Counted from the stretch's first letter, positions 52,001-63,938 are shown. The stretch: DNA of 64,000 bases from Octopus sinensis (GCF_006345805.1 NC_043012.1:45260001-45324000); one strand, 5' to 3'. Made by a program: numbers and translations. Notes: a model not told the origin generated them from the letters alone.

Positions 52001-53595
52001 CTGTCCAAGACCTCATCTCGTCCTCCCGTCTCCCCCGCACCGCATCCAACCTAATTGTGCGAACCCCACGTACCCCCACCATTTACTTCCTCCCCAAAAT
52101 CCACAAACCCAACAACCCTGGCCGCCCCATCGTCTCCTCCGCCTGTAACTGCCCCACGGAGCTCATCTCTAAATACCTCGACCGTGTCCTTGCCCCCCTA
52201 GTGGCATCTCTTCCCTCCCACATCCACGATACCAACCATGCTCTCCGGCTTTTCAACTCTTTCTCCTTTCCTCCCGGCTCCTCCAAAATCCTTTTTACTA
52301 TGGACATCCAAAGCCTCTATACTGTTATCCCTCACCACGAAGGACTGCAGGCCCTTCGACACTTTCTTGACCTCCGCTCTAACCCTGTACCTGACACCTC
52401 CACACTCATTCGTCTGGCCGAACTTGTCCTTACTCTGAACTGCTTCTCGTTCGCGGGCGAGTTCTACCATCAGATCTCGGGAGTGGCCATGGGAACGCGA
52501 ATGGGCCCCAACTATGCGAACCTGTTCGTTGGCTATGTTGAGGCCCAAATATTCTCTAATTTCACTGGTCCAACTCCTGAACTATATGGTCGTTACATTG
52601 ACGACATTATCGGTGCCACCCACTCTCCCGCGAACATCTAGATTCCTTCCTCTCTTTCGTCCATCTTTCCATCCAGCCCTCCACTCCACTTCCACTATCT
52701 CCAACACCTCTGTCTCCTTCCTCGACATTTCGGTTAGCATTCTCCACTCCACTCTTACCACCTCCATTCACTACAAACACACAGACTCACACTCATACCT
52801 CAACTTCTCTTCCTCCACCCAGAACACACCAAGCTTTCCATCCCCTATTCCCAATTCCTCCGTCTACGTAGGCTCTGTAGTGACGACCATGACTTTGAGA
52901 CTCAGTCTCAACGTATGGCTCACCACTTCACCCTACGTGGATACCCCCCTCACCACTATCCACACCGTCCTTGCCAGAGCACGGTCCGTGGACCGTGTAT
53001 CTGCTCTCTCTCCCCGAACCCGCCCTGTAGTCTCCCGCCTCCCTTTTCCCCTCACTTACCACCCCACCCACGACCCTACGTCTCCAACGCACCATTCTTC
53101 GAGCTTTCCGTCATCTCCAGTCCGACCCGTCCACTTCCAACCTCTTCCCTAACCGACCCCTCCCCCCTTTCAAACGAGCCCACAACCTTCGAGACCTTTT
53201 GGTCCATAGCTCCTTCCCTGACCCTACCTCCCAACCCGGCTCGTTCCCCTGCTCCCGCCCACGTTGCCGCACTTGCCCTTACCTCTCCAACACCACCCGC
53301 CTCACTAGCACCCACCATCGACCCTATCCCATCATCCACTCCTTCACCTGCACCTCCAGCAATATTATCTATTGCATCTCTTGCTCTCTCTGCAATTCCT
53401 TGTACATCGGACAAACGGGACGCCGCTTGGCTGACCGGTTCGCGGAACACCTTCGTGACATCCACGTTAACATCCACGTGACATCGAACGTTAAAGACTT
53501 GTTTTATTTATATTTCCTGAGCGCCATACTAATACAATTGTTCGTTTGTTTTCCCCTGCCTTCGTCTTTTGTTTATTTTCATAAAGCTTCCCGTT
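49061..53595 (+). mobile_element. Near full-length Penelope-like element (Neptune-type RT and GIY-YIG) with 5' pseudo-LTR; frameshifted
   Basis: ATG 50748 then HVSFLSRCLHHRLIPKGF; ADKGGAVVVW; IYFLPKIHK..PGRPIVS; TMDIQSLYT; GVAMGTRMGPNYANLF; RYIDD; CSRPRCRTC linker; NIIYCISCSLCNSLYIGQTGRRLADRFAEHL; 49061-49150 encodes the GIY-YIG end RLRREQELIFSLRSYTPFGLN; 50018-50128 is repeated at 53484-53595. Confidence 0.92.
49995..50032 (+). ncRNA. Minimal type I hammerhead-like motif in the Penelope pseudo-LTR (A6U core variant)
   Basis: Stem I tcttt/aaaga; CUGUUGA plus extra A; stem II gagc-gtag-gctc; GAA; palindromic ACGU; putative site GUU at 50025-50027. Confidence 0.65.
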
Positions 53596-53606
53596 ATATA
53601 TATATA

Positions 53607-53637
<31 letters not shown>

Positions 53638-53649
53638 ATACACATATAT

Positions 53650-53814
53650 ACGACGGGCTTCTTCCAGTTTCCGTCTACCAAATCCACTCACAAGGCTTTG
53701 GTCGGCCCTAGGCTATAGTAGAAGACGCTCGCCCAAGGTGCCACGCAGTGGGACTGAACCCGGAACTATGTGGTTGGTAAACAAGCTACTTACCACATAG
53801 CCACTCCTGCGCCT
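53650..53814 (-). mobile_element. SINE family A 5' half (partner of 48860-49060)
   Basis: gacgggcttcttccagtttccgtctacc...ccactcctgcgcct. Confidence 0.85.
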
Positions 53815-53829
53815 TTTATATATATACCT

Positions 53830-54032
53830 TTTTTTTCTTTTACCTGTTTCAGTCATTAGACTGCGAAACCACTAATTTACAGGACGCAGACACATAAACA
53901 ACGGTCGTCAAGTGGTGATGGGAGAAGACAAACACAGACACACAGACATAGCTATATATACATATACGACGGGCCTCTTTTAGTTTCCCTCCTCCAAATC
54001 TACTCACAAAGCTTTGGTCGGCTCGAGACTAT
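53830..54032 (-). mobile_element. Decayed, deleted SINE family A copy
   Basis: Reverse tail and central motifs. Confidence 0.65.
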
Positions 54033-54078
54033 ATATATAAATATATATATATAAATATATATATATATAAATTTATAT

Positions 54079-54464
54079 GCAGGAGTGGCCGTGTGGTAAG
54101 TAGCTTGCTTACCAACCACATGGTTCCGGGTTCAGTCCCACTGCGTGGCACCTTGGGCAAGTGTCTTCTACTATAGCCTCGGGCCGACCAAAGCCTTGTG
54201 AGTGGATTTGGTAGACGGAAACTGAAAGAAGCCCGTCGTATATATGTATATATATATGTATGTGTCTGTGTTTGTCCCCCTAGGATTGCTTGACAACCGA
54301 TGCTGGTGTGTTTATGTCCCCGTCACTTAGCGGTTTGGCAAAAGAGACCGATAGAATAAGTACTGGGCTTACAAAGAATAAGTCCCGGGGTCGAGTTGCT
54401 CGACTAAAGGCGGTGCTCCAGCATGGCCGCAGTCAAATGACTGAAACAAGTAAAAGAGTAAAGA

Positions 54465-54466
<2 letters not shown>
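54079..54466 (+). mobile_element. SINE family A, full length
   Basis: Head and tail match 14468-14936. Confidence 0.88.
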
Positions 54467-54512
<46 letters not shown>

Positions 54513-54519
54513 ATATGAC

Positions 54520-56360
54520 CAAATAATAAACACACGCTCTATAATATTGGTTCTTCACTCGTTTATTACTGTTCTTATTCAAACTCATGTCCATTGTCCG
54601 GAAATCTTTCGCCACACATCTGTGACCTCCACAGCGACACTTCCTTTCTTCGTGTCTGCTCTTGCTCTGCTTATTCCATTCTGTTCTTATATAAAGTGTA
54701 TCGTTATATGCGCATGCGTCTTTGTTTGTGTGTGTGTATGTCATTGTTCTTAGTAGCATTATGACCTTCCCCTCAGCCACTGCTGCCCTTCAACCCAACT
54801 TTTTGTACCGTTCTTGTAACTCACTGTGTGTGTTCGCTCACGCTGCTGTCACCATGGTAGATGTTGTTATTGTTGCCATTGTCGTTGTTGATATTGTTGC
54901 GCCTGTCTGTGAATTTATCATATGTGTGTTTGTGTGTGTATATCGGTTCGCTTCCTATGTTGTTTGTATTTGTGCCCTTTATACGGTTTATTTTATGTCT
55001 CTAACTTTTTCTTATATTTATCATAGGTATGTGCATAGGTGTATTATGCTGTTTGTACCTGTTATTTTTTCTCCCTTCGGTCTTTAGTCGTCATGTTGTG
55101 TGGTAGTGAATGCTTTTGTTCCATTTGTATTTTCTGTTGAGGCTCGATCTGTCTATTGCTATGTGTGTAACCTCTGTGATCTAAGTGTCGCGTCATTTCT
55201 ATGCGTTGATAATTCCCTGATCTCTGTGCTATTGACTCAACCTCTATGTTCTCCTTCAGCCTGTTAGAACACTGACGAGTCTTTCTCTTCTTTGAGAGCT
55301 CTGGCCAGTGTTCACCTATACGCTCTCCTCTGCTGCGTGCTCTCTCTTCAATGTATGTAGTTGTCATGCTTCTGCACCGTTCCTCAGTACATCGTAAGCT
55401 ATGTACAATATTCCTAACCTTACACTTAACCTGTGGGTTCATCCCACAGGTTCTACAGATCAGGGATTTTATGGGGGCATTAGTCCTTTCTACTACTTTA
55501 ATCCATAGATTGGCCTTATCTAATGATTTTCTAAAAAGGTATGCTAACTACATCAACGAACATGACACTGGTATTTTTTGTTGTCACGCCATGAGTTGGC
55601 CTTATCTATTTTAATTCTGGTCCTTTTTGAGTTGTTCCAGGATTTACTCCTGTATATCAGGCAGATCCCATTTGCATCATTCTGTATGATGGTTTTTGCA
55701 CTTAAACCTGGCTCATTTGTACACTTTGGTTGTAGCCAGAGAACTGCATGCGGTGTATTAAGTGTTATATGTGTCTTTCCAATTCCATAAGTTCGAATAT
55801 GCGAGACACTTTCCTTAATCCCTCTCACCAAGTCTGCTATAAGAATATTGAACTTGGCGTTCTCTACAATGGCTGTATTCGTGTGGACAAGGTATTTTGA
55901 GGCCATGATTTGGCATAATGGGAGTGAAGGATGTGGAACTTATTGTTCTTGGTTTATAACCAGAGTTCCGTGTCTAAAACTGGTAGCCCATAGTTTGGGT
56001 GCTTGTTAGGGTAGTTTGTCGTTATTTTGATACTCTGGTGGATGGAATTAGCTATTTGCTGGATGCTCTCCATAGTGTAGGCTTCTAGATCATCTTGTAG
56101 GGCTGCATTGGCTACTATGTTGGTATCATCCACTTAGCGATAGCACATGTTTAGGGTTCTGGAATTCTCTGCTAATTTCTCACTGAGTCTTCTATCCCGC
56201 CATTCCATGAATAGGTTAGCCACATCGTCAGCGATACTGACACCGATGGCTGAACCTTGCTCATGGGCCTATATCTTGTTATTAAATTCAGTTATGTGTC
56301 CCTTGAGAGCCACTTATACCTATTGTACTACATGTTCTACCCTATAATTTCTCTGGTTAT
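54520..56360 (-). mobile_element. 5'-truncated decayed Penelope-like element of a second clade (tentatively Naiad-like): RT C-terminal half, GIY-YIG and 3' region
   Basis: Minus-strand QGSAIGVSIADDVANLFMEW, YR*VDDTNI, IANSIHQSI, LPVLDTELW, HSHYAK.MASKY, CRTCGMNPQVKCKVRNIVHSLRC...TYIEERARSRGERIGEH. Confidence 0.78.
54595..54639 (-). ncRNA. Minimal type I hammerhead-like motif downstream of the second PLE ORF (A6U core variant)
   Basis: Minus strand ugucg CUGUGGA G gucaca-gaug-uguggc GAA agauuu C cggaca: 6-bp stem II, pseudo-palindromic stem III, bulged stem I. Confidence 0.55.
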
Positions 56361-56477
56361 CATCTCTTTGACTGCGTCTGTTGTTGTTGTTATTGATGGC
56401 GATAGCGGTGGTGGTTGTGTTTCTATGTGTATTTTTGTCAGTAATGTTTGTGTTGGTTTGCGTGTTACCATCTCCAA

Positions 56478-56570
56478 TATTATCACACATACACACACAC
56501 AGACACACACACACACAGACACACACACAGACACACACACACACAGACACACACACACACCACACACACA

Positions 56571-56621
<51 letters not shown>

Positions 56622-56642
56622 ATATTTATATATATATATACT
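56478..56642. repeat. Compound (CA)n/(TA)n microsatellite
   Basis: Directly visible. Confidence 0.95.
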
Positions 56643-57545
56643 CGCACATACACACACCTGAAGACGTGCAGCTACACACCCATTGTTGAATCACATTAAT
56701 GCAATAATATGTATAAGATGTGAAACACTCAACGATTACTAACTGTCATTCGTGCACAAAAACAGTTGTAGCGATTTGGACTGAAGCCTGTGCATTCCAT
56801 GTGCCCATATAAAAATTATTTTTTATGAATGCTGCGGGTATTAACATATTTCCATGTGTATCCAGTGAAATAAGATTTTCTGCTGTAGGATAGCATATGG
56901 TAGCTGAATCCCGTAGAAGAGCTTTGGAAAGAACGATATGTTATTACTCTGATGATACACACACACAGGCGCGTGCGCACACACACACACACACACACAA
57001 ACAAACAAACACACACACAGACGCACGCACACATAGGAGTCATTCAAAATATTTATGTCAGAGAGTAACCTTATTAACTGTAGGCATGAATTAGCGACAC
57101 GCTGTAAGCATTTTAAAAATAAATCCCTCGGCAGGTTCTATAAATAACTTTAACACCATTGAAGGAGGTATATCTCAGGATAGGTATGATGTCTTGAGAT
57201 AAATGAGAATTACCTAATTTTTTACAAATATGTATCTGGTACATTTTATTTCGTTAAATTTTAAAATCTTTAAATTTTTAAAATTTATTTTATTATATTT
57301 ATGTTTTTTATATCTATTTAAAAAAATATTTTTTGTGTTTTTACTTTTCATTTATATTTTTATTTCATTATTACTAGTTTTTAATTACCTTTTTATTGTT
57401 GTTTTATTATATCTCGTTATTATTTTTTAATTACTTTTTATTGTCTTTTATTATTTCCTCATTATCATTATTTTATCATTATTTTATTGTTATTTTATTA
57501 GTATTATTATTATTGGTGTTGTTATTGTTGTCGTCGTCGTCGTCG

Positions 57546-57578
<33 letters not shown>

Positions 57579-57989
57579 CCATCATCATTATCATTACTGT
57601 TTTAGTATTACCTATTATTTCTTAAAATTATTTAAACTCGTAATTTTTTTAATGTTTGTTTTAATGCTAAATTTAAACACTTTTTACTCTAGTTCAAATT
57701 TTAATCCTTAATCAGTTTAATGGTTTAAAAACTAAAATTTCTTTTAAAACTCTTTTAATGAGTTTAATTTGAAATTATATCTGGCCTCCAATGTTATTTG
57801 ATTTTAAACAACTCAACTAGACTTTATCTCATTTCAAGCTCACGTTTCTCAATGTATCAGTAATTCATATTCTAGCCAGCCAGAGCTTTCTCAACCTCTG
57901 CATCACAATAAGATTACTGATGAGTTTCATTAATTTTCTACACTATAAAATTGTGGGGATTTCCAACCTTGGACCCTGCCATAAAAGTA

Positions 57990-59337
57990 CGAGGGCGTGC
58001 CCAAAAGAAACCGGAATTTCGCAATATCATTCTATTCACTTAGCTTTACATGTTTACACTTTTATCGCCTTCAAAGTATTCTCCATTTGAGGCAATGCAC
58101 CGGTCTAGACGCGTTTTCCATTGTTCGAAGCAGTCCCGGAACTCTTGCGAAGTGATGCCTTTTAACGCCTCTGCCTTTATTTTTCTTAACCTCTTCCACA
58201 TTTTTAAAATGTCTTCCTTTAAATACTTTTTCTATTCGGGGATGGGGGAGGTGGGAGACAAAAAAACAGTCGGTTGGTAAGCGGAGTCAAAAACTGTCTC
58301 ACACTCAAGGCGGCGTGCGCAGGAGCATTGTCGTGATGAAACCACCACTCTTCACTTTGCCATAGGCCACCACGTCTCGCAACTACTGCCGAGTAGGTTC
58401 TGTAAATAACTTTAACACCATTGAAGGAGGTATAGCTCAGGATAGGTATGATGTCTTGAGATAAATGAGAATTACCTAATTTTTTACAAATATGTATCTG
58501 GTACATTTTATTTCGTTAAATTTTAAAATCTTTAAAATCTGGCTAACAGTATGACCAGGTGGAGCAAATCCTGTGCGGTCAATTCCTTTCACAGCAATGA
58601 AACAAGTCAGTATCATCTTCACGCTTTTTGGGGGTGTGGTGACATTGAATGCTTCCATTGAATTGATTGCTGCACCGTTTCCGGATCGTAGCCATAGCAC
58701 CAGCTTTCGTCACCAGTGATGACCTTCCAAAAAAAGGGCCGGATCAATTCCAACTGTTCTTTCAGTTCACAACCCGCATTCAGTCGTGACTGTTTTGATC
58801 TTCCGTGAGCAAGCGAGCAACAAATTCTGCTTCAATTCTCTTCATTCACAATTCCTCGCTCAAAAGTCTTTGGCAGGAGCTTCATGGCACAACAGTCATA
58901 TCAGCAAGTTCGTCAATTGCTCGGCGACAGTCCTTCAAGGTCAGTTCACGAATTTTCGTGATGCTTTCATTCGTTCGGGAGGTCGACGGTCACCCTGAAC
59001 GAAGTTGCTTTTCAAAGGACAAGTGACCATTCCTACCACTCGTTATCTTATGTTCTGCTCATGGCAGCGTCCTTGTAATCTGTTTGAATCATGACAACTT
59101 TCTTAGATGCCAGCAGAAAGCAGAATTTCACGGAAGCACGCTGTTCCTTCGTTTCAGTCATCGCAAAAATCGACAAACAAGGGAGGAGCCTGTAAAACAA
59201 AGACGTATCACGTGGTAGTACGACTCTAATCGACGACGTCTGAGGTTCGCATCAAGTGGCTACTTGCAGCGGAAGCCTGAACTATATCCAGCTTGTCCTA
59301 CAGAGAATATTTCCGGTTACTTTTGGTTACTCCTGCG
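57990..59337 (-). mobile_element. Decayed mariner transposon with both TIRs
   Basis: TA-cgagggcgtgcccaaaagaaaccggaat vs reverse of the right end cgcaggagtaaccaaaagtaaccggaaat; KSVKMILTCF..KGI..PPGHTVSQ and WWFHHDNAPAHAALSVRQFL. Confidence 0.85.
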
Positions 59338-59589
59338 TGCTTGAAGTTCTCCACTAATCTAAAAAATATTGTTAATCCGCTGTGTCAAGAGAGAGGTTAT
59401 GAAGTATTTTACACCGATTGATAAACCTGCACTATTAGTCATGTTTTATATACATATACATACATACAAACATACATGCATTCATACATGCCTGCATACA
59501 TACGCGCGGACACACACACACATTATATGTATGTATATCTATCTGTCTATCTATCTATGTATCTATTTATCTCTCTATATAATTTATTA

Positions 59590-59758
59590 TTATTAAAGCT
59601 TCAAAGCATCACTAAAATATCACAAAAAACTCCTACTCAGAGTTTTACGTTCCAGTTCGTTGGACAGTTTCAATCTAAACTCTCCGATGAACGCGAACGT
59701 GAAACTCTGAGTAGCAACATTTTGGGGTATTTTTGTGATGATTTTGGAGCTTTAATAA
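59590..59758. repeat. Imperfect foldback (63-64-bp arms, 42-bp spacer), MITE-like
   Basis: ttattaaagcttcaaagcatcac...ctactcagagttttacgttc pairs with gaacgtgaaactctgagtag...gtgatgattttggagctttaataa. Confidence 0.75.
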
Positions 59759-59830
59759 AGCAAATCACTCTGCCTCAGTTATTCGAGTACTATTTTCCTC
59801 ACCTTGTTTCATATTTATGAGCCAACTTTG

Positions 59831-59869
<39 letters not shown>

Positions 59870-60596
59870 ACACACACACACCACACAAAAACACACACAC
59901 ACACACACACTCACACACAGACACACATACACACACACACACATCTCACTCTCGTACGCACGTCGCATAACGCCAAGAGGTATTTCAAAATTTGAAATAC
60001 ACAACATTCGAGAGATGGAGGAATGTAAGTGCACAGTAACTCGATCTTCGAGAAGTAGCACAACATTTCATATAAAGCACTTCTCACCTCTTTCATAATG
60101 GATTATACAGTCTCAATACACGGGAAGACCAGAATGCTTATGAAGAAACGATACTAATGACATATTTTGTTGTTTACAAGCCAGTACAATATACGTGTAA
60201 CCAATAATTTTCTTTATTGCTTTAATTTTGCTGGAACTATTACTGAGTTAAATCTGAAACAAGTATGCCCTAGATCAAAGAACCAAGGGAAGCAACCACC
60301 GGAGATTATTTTTTGCCAGATTGTATATATGTACATACCGTCAATTGTATGGCAATAATTGCAATTGACTACAATAGTAAAGAGTAAACCGATTATATCT
60401 AGTGTTTGTGTGTATGGATTAATGAAACTATATATTAAGTGTAGGTTCTGCTTTTCTTCTTTGTACTTCATAAAACTAAGTGAGCAGCGGACAATTTTAT
60501 AAATCTGAGTTCAAAAGCCGATTACGCTCCTGATTGTATTCTGCCCCTAAAACTACATCTTAGGAAAGTTTGGCTGATGTTTTTGTTCATTTACAC

Positions 60597-60844
60597 CGGT
60601 GGTTCCCAACCATCTTTTACCTGTTGACACAAGTGGTTCCTATTTCACTCTAATGAACTCTAAAATTCAATGTTTAAAAAAAGTCCCATTATATTTTTTA
60701 TAATTAAATATTGGGAACTATTAAAAAATTGTCGAAATATTTTCTGATTTGCAGAATTATAACCGATTAGTTGTACATAAATTTTAACAGTAAAATCTTA
60801 TGTGGAGCCCTAAGAATCATGAGGACCCCGGTTGAGAACCATTG
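60597..60844. mobile_element. hAT (Charlie-like) MITE
   Basis: TIRs cggtggttcccaacc and ggttgagaaccattg; flanks atttacac and atttatta (partial 8-bp TSD). Confidence 0.7.
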
Positions 60845-61255
60845 ATTTATTACACAATTAGAATTGTATCTGAAATGATACTAGAGTGCATATTAGTAAA
60901 AGTGCCAGATCATAAGTACCTCAGACTAAAGTACGTGGGGGGGGGGCGCTTTCTGTTTGTATCCTGTGTTTCAGTGTCAAGTATATACTTAACAGTGGTT
61001 TGTGCCATTTCCTTTATGTCTTACACATTGTTTAGATATACACTTACATACACATATTCACACATACAAGCATTCACATATTACAAAAACACGTACATAA
61101 GCTGTGCAAAAGAACGCATACCACTCAACAAAACTATACATGTACATTCAGATGAAAACGCGCCTATAAATTCATAGAGACTAATACCAACACGGTGAAT
61201 TAATCTGTTTTACAGATTAGTCCCTATAATGATAAACACGAAGAATCGCTGATAT

Positions 61256-61292
<37 letters not shown>

Positions 61293-61846
61293 ATATATAA
61301 TATATATAATATATATATATAGTTCACACGAGAAGATGATATTAAATCATGAATCTCCAGATTTAACGTGCTATGAAGAGAACAGGCTTACTCTCTGCAG
61401 ATACCAGAACAGTCCTGGCTGAATAAGCGGCATGAGCCTGACATTTTTCGAACATTGTTATGAGAAATACCCCAGCCAAATTTTCCCAAGGTGCATTTTT
61501 AGGTCCAGAATACAATCAGGAGCAATAATTCTCTTTTGAACTCAGATTTATAAAACTTTCACCTGCTCATTTAGTGGCATGTATTTGAATACGGATGCTT
61601 TGCGTTCTTGTCCCATTTTGTAATATATATATAATATATTATTATATATTTTTATTATACTATCGATAATTATCCCTTTTTTTGATTTTCACTCTCGATG
61701 AATTTCCCCCTTTTTTGTGTCCCTAGCACTTGGCATCCTTATTTAGGAGCCCTTAATTATATTTATATATGAATAATATTTTGTCTAATGACTAATTCGT
61801 CTTTTGTGCTGGGCCACTGGTAGTAATCTATGTTATTAACCCTTTT

Positions 61847-61880
<34 letters not shown>

Positions 61881-61891
61881 TATATATATAG

Positions 61892-61941
<50 letters not shown>

Positions 61942-61943
<2 letters not shown>

Positions 61944-62095
61944 AGGCGCAATGGCCCAGGGTTAGGGCAGCGGACTCGCGGTCGTAGGATCGCAGTTTCC
62001 AGTCCCAGACCGGGCATTGTGAGTGTTTATTGAGCGAAAACACCTAAAAGCTCCACGAGGCTCCGGCAGGGGGTCGTGATCCCGGTTGTACTCTT
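61942..62095 (+). mobile_element. SINE family B 5' part
   Basis: Head matches 8471. Confidence 0.8.
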
Positions 62096-62418
62096 ATACA
62101 CATATATATGTGTGTAGGGTACCATTGGATTTCAAAAATCCGTCCATACTCTATCATCAGTCAACATAGTGTCTATGTTGACTTATGAAGATTTACAACA
62201 TACTTTCTCAGTGAAACTCAATATACCAAATGTACATTTTCGGATTTTTCATAAGTTCATAATGTGATGTAATTCTTTGGTATAGCCATTGCATGCGGCT
62301 GAAGAGAGCTTTAAACTATCTGTTATGTCGATTACACATTGATGTAAGAATAGGGTGTTTTATAAAGCTTGAAACACGTGTACCGCAACATCCTTCGTGT
62401 TCTGTTTTTTATTTCATT

Positions 62419-62470
<52 letters not shown>

Positions 62471-62896
62471 ATATATATATAACGGCGTACTTTGGTCTCT
62501 TATATGTAAGTATACATTTTTCAAAATCTTGTACGACTCAATTTCAGTCGATCAGCCATTTCACGCTCATTCGTTCATTCCACTCTTCGTTCATTTATTC
62601 TCCCTCTCTCACATTTCTTTGCCTTCTCTTCTCTCTTCTTGCTAACTTTCCCTCCACTTTTTACTGTACTGTGTCCCTGTCATTTTTTCTCTCCCTTCCT
62701 TAATTCTTCTTCCCTCTGCCACTACCTGTCTCACTTCTCTTCCCACGTGACCGGCGTGGTCTTTCTTTCTTGGTCTGGCTGTTGTCCGTGCAACATCGAT
62801 ATTCCTCGATTTAACTCATATATATATATATATATATATAATTCCTAATTAATCAATATAGGGTGGCAAAAAATTTCGTAGAATTTACCCTGTAAT

Positions 62897-62999
62897 TTCT
62901 TATACGATGCACCGTTTCATCTATTGTTTAATGGTAAACTAACCCGATTAAATTAAATCAAGCCAATCTTCCATAGGCCGATAGATTCGTCAGTAAGAA
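62897..62999 (-). ncRNA. Canonical type I hammerhead ribozyme, copy 1
   Basis: UUCUUA CUGACGA AUCUAU-[56 nt]-AUAGAU GAA ACGGUGCAUCGU A UAAGAA; predicted cleavage 3' of GUA, between 62903 and 62902. Confidence 0.9.
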
Positions 63000-63380
63000 C
63001 AGCCAGATCGGAACAGATATTTTCACGAGGCACTTCTATCCCTGCCTCGGCAATATCTGACCTAAAATTTTCAAATCATCGCACTCGCGCCAAATTTATC
63101 GGCAGCAAATATAAGCCGCCGATTCCATTAGGGAATTAACCAGAAAATTCCTAATTAATCAATATAGGGTGGCAAAAAATTTCGTAGAATTTTTTTGCCA
63201 CCAGCGGCCTAGTGGGAAAAAATTAAATAGTCATAGACCATTTATAAGTTCAACATCACAATCAAGGAACGGCCATAATAGGCCATTCACCCACTGGAAA
63301 TAACAGCCAAAGCTTCAACCGCAAAAACAACATCAATTCCGCAAACCAGGAGAAAATTAAAAAAACATTTACCCTGTAAT

Positions 63381-63483
63381 TTCTTATACGATGCACCGTT
63401 TCATCTATTGTTTAATGGTAAACTAACCTGATTAAATTAAATCAAGCCAATCTTCCATAGGCCGATAGATTCGTCAGTAAGAA
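63381..63483 (-). ncRNA. Canonical type I hammerhead ribozyme, copy 2
   Basis: Same fold with all core nucleotides canonical; predicted cleavage between 63387 and 63386. Confidence 0.9.
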
Positions 63484-63938
63484 CAGCCAGATCGGAACAG
63501 ATATTTTCACGAGGCACTTCTATCCCTGCCTCGGCAATATCTGACCTAAAATTTTCAAATCATCGCACTCGCGCCAAATTTATCGGCAGCAAATATAAGC
63601 CGCCGATTCCATTACGGAATTAACCAGAAAATTCCTAATTAATCAATATAGGGTGGCAAAAAATTTCGTAGAATTTTTTTGCCACCAGCGGCCTAGTGGG
63701 AAAAAATTAAATAGTCATAGACCATTTATAAGTTCAACATCACAATCAAAGAACGGCCATAATAGGCCATTCACCCACTAGAAATAACAGCCAAAGCTTC
63801 AACCGCAAAAACAACATCAATTCCGCAAACCAGGAGAAAATTAAAAAAACATTTACCCTGTAATTTCTTATACGATGCACCGTTTCATCTATTGTTTAAT
63901 GGTAAACTAACCTGATTAAATTAAATCAAGCCAATCTT

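Noticed and set aside
55062-55500. Selenocysteine (in-frame TGA) in the second PLE
   Set aside because: No in-frame TGA at the Cys positions I could read, and the copy is too decayed to judge
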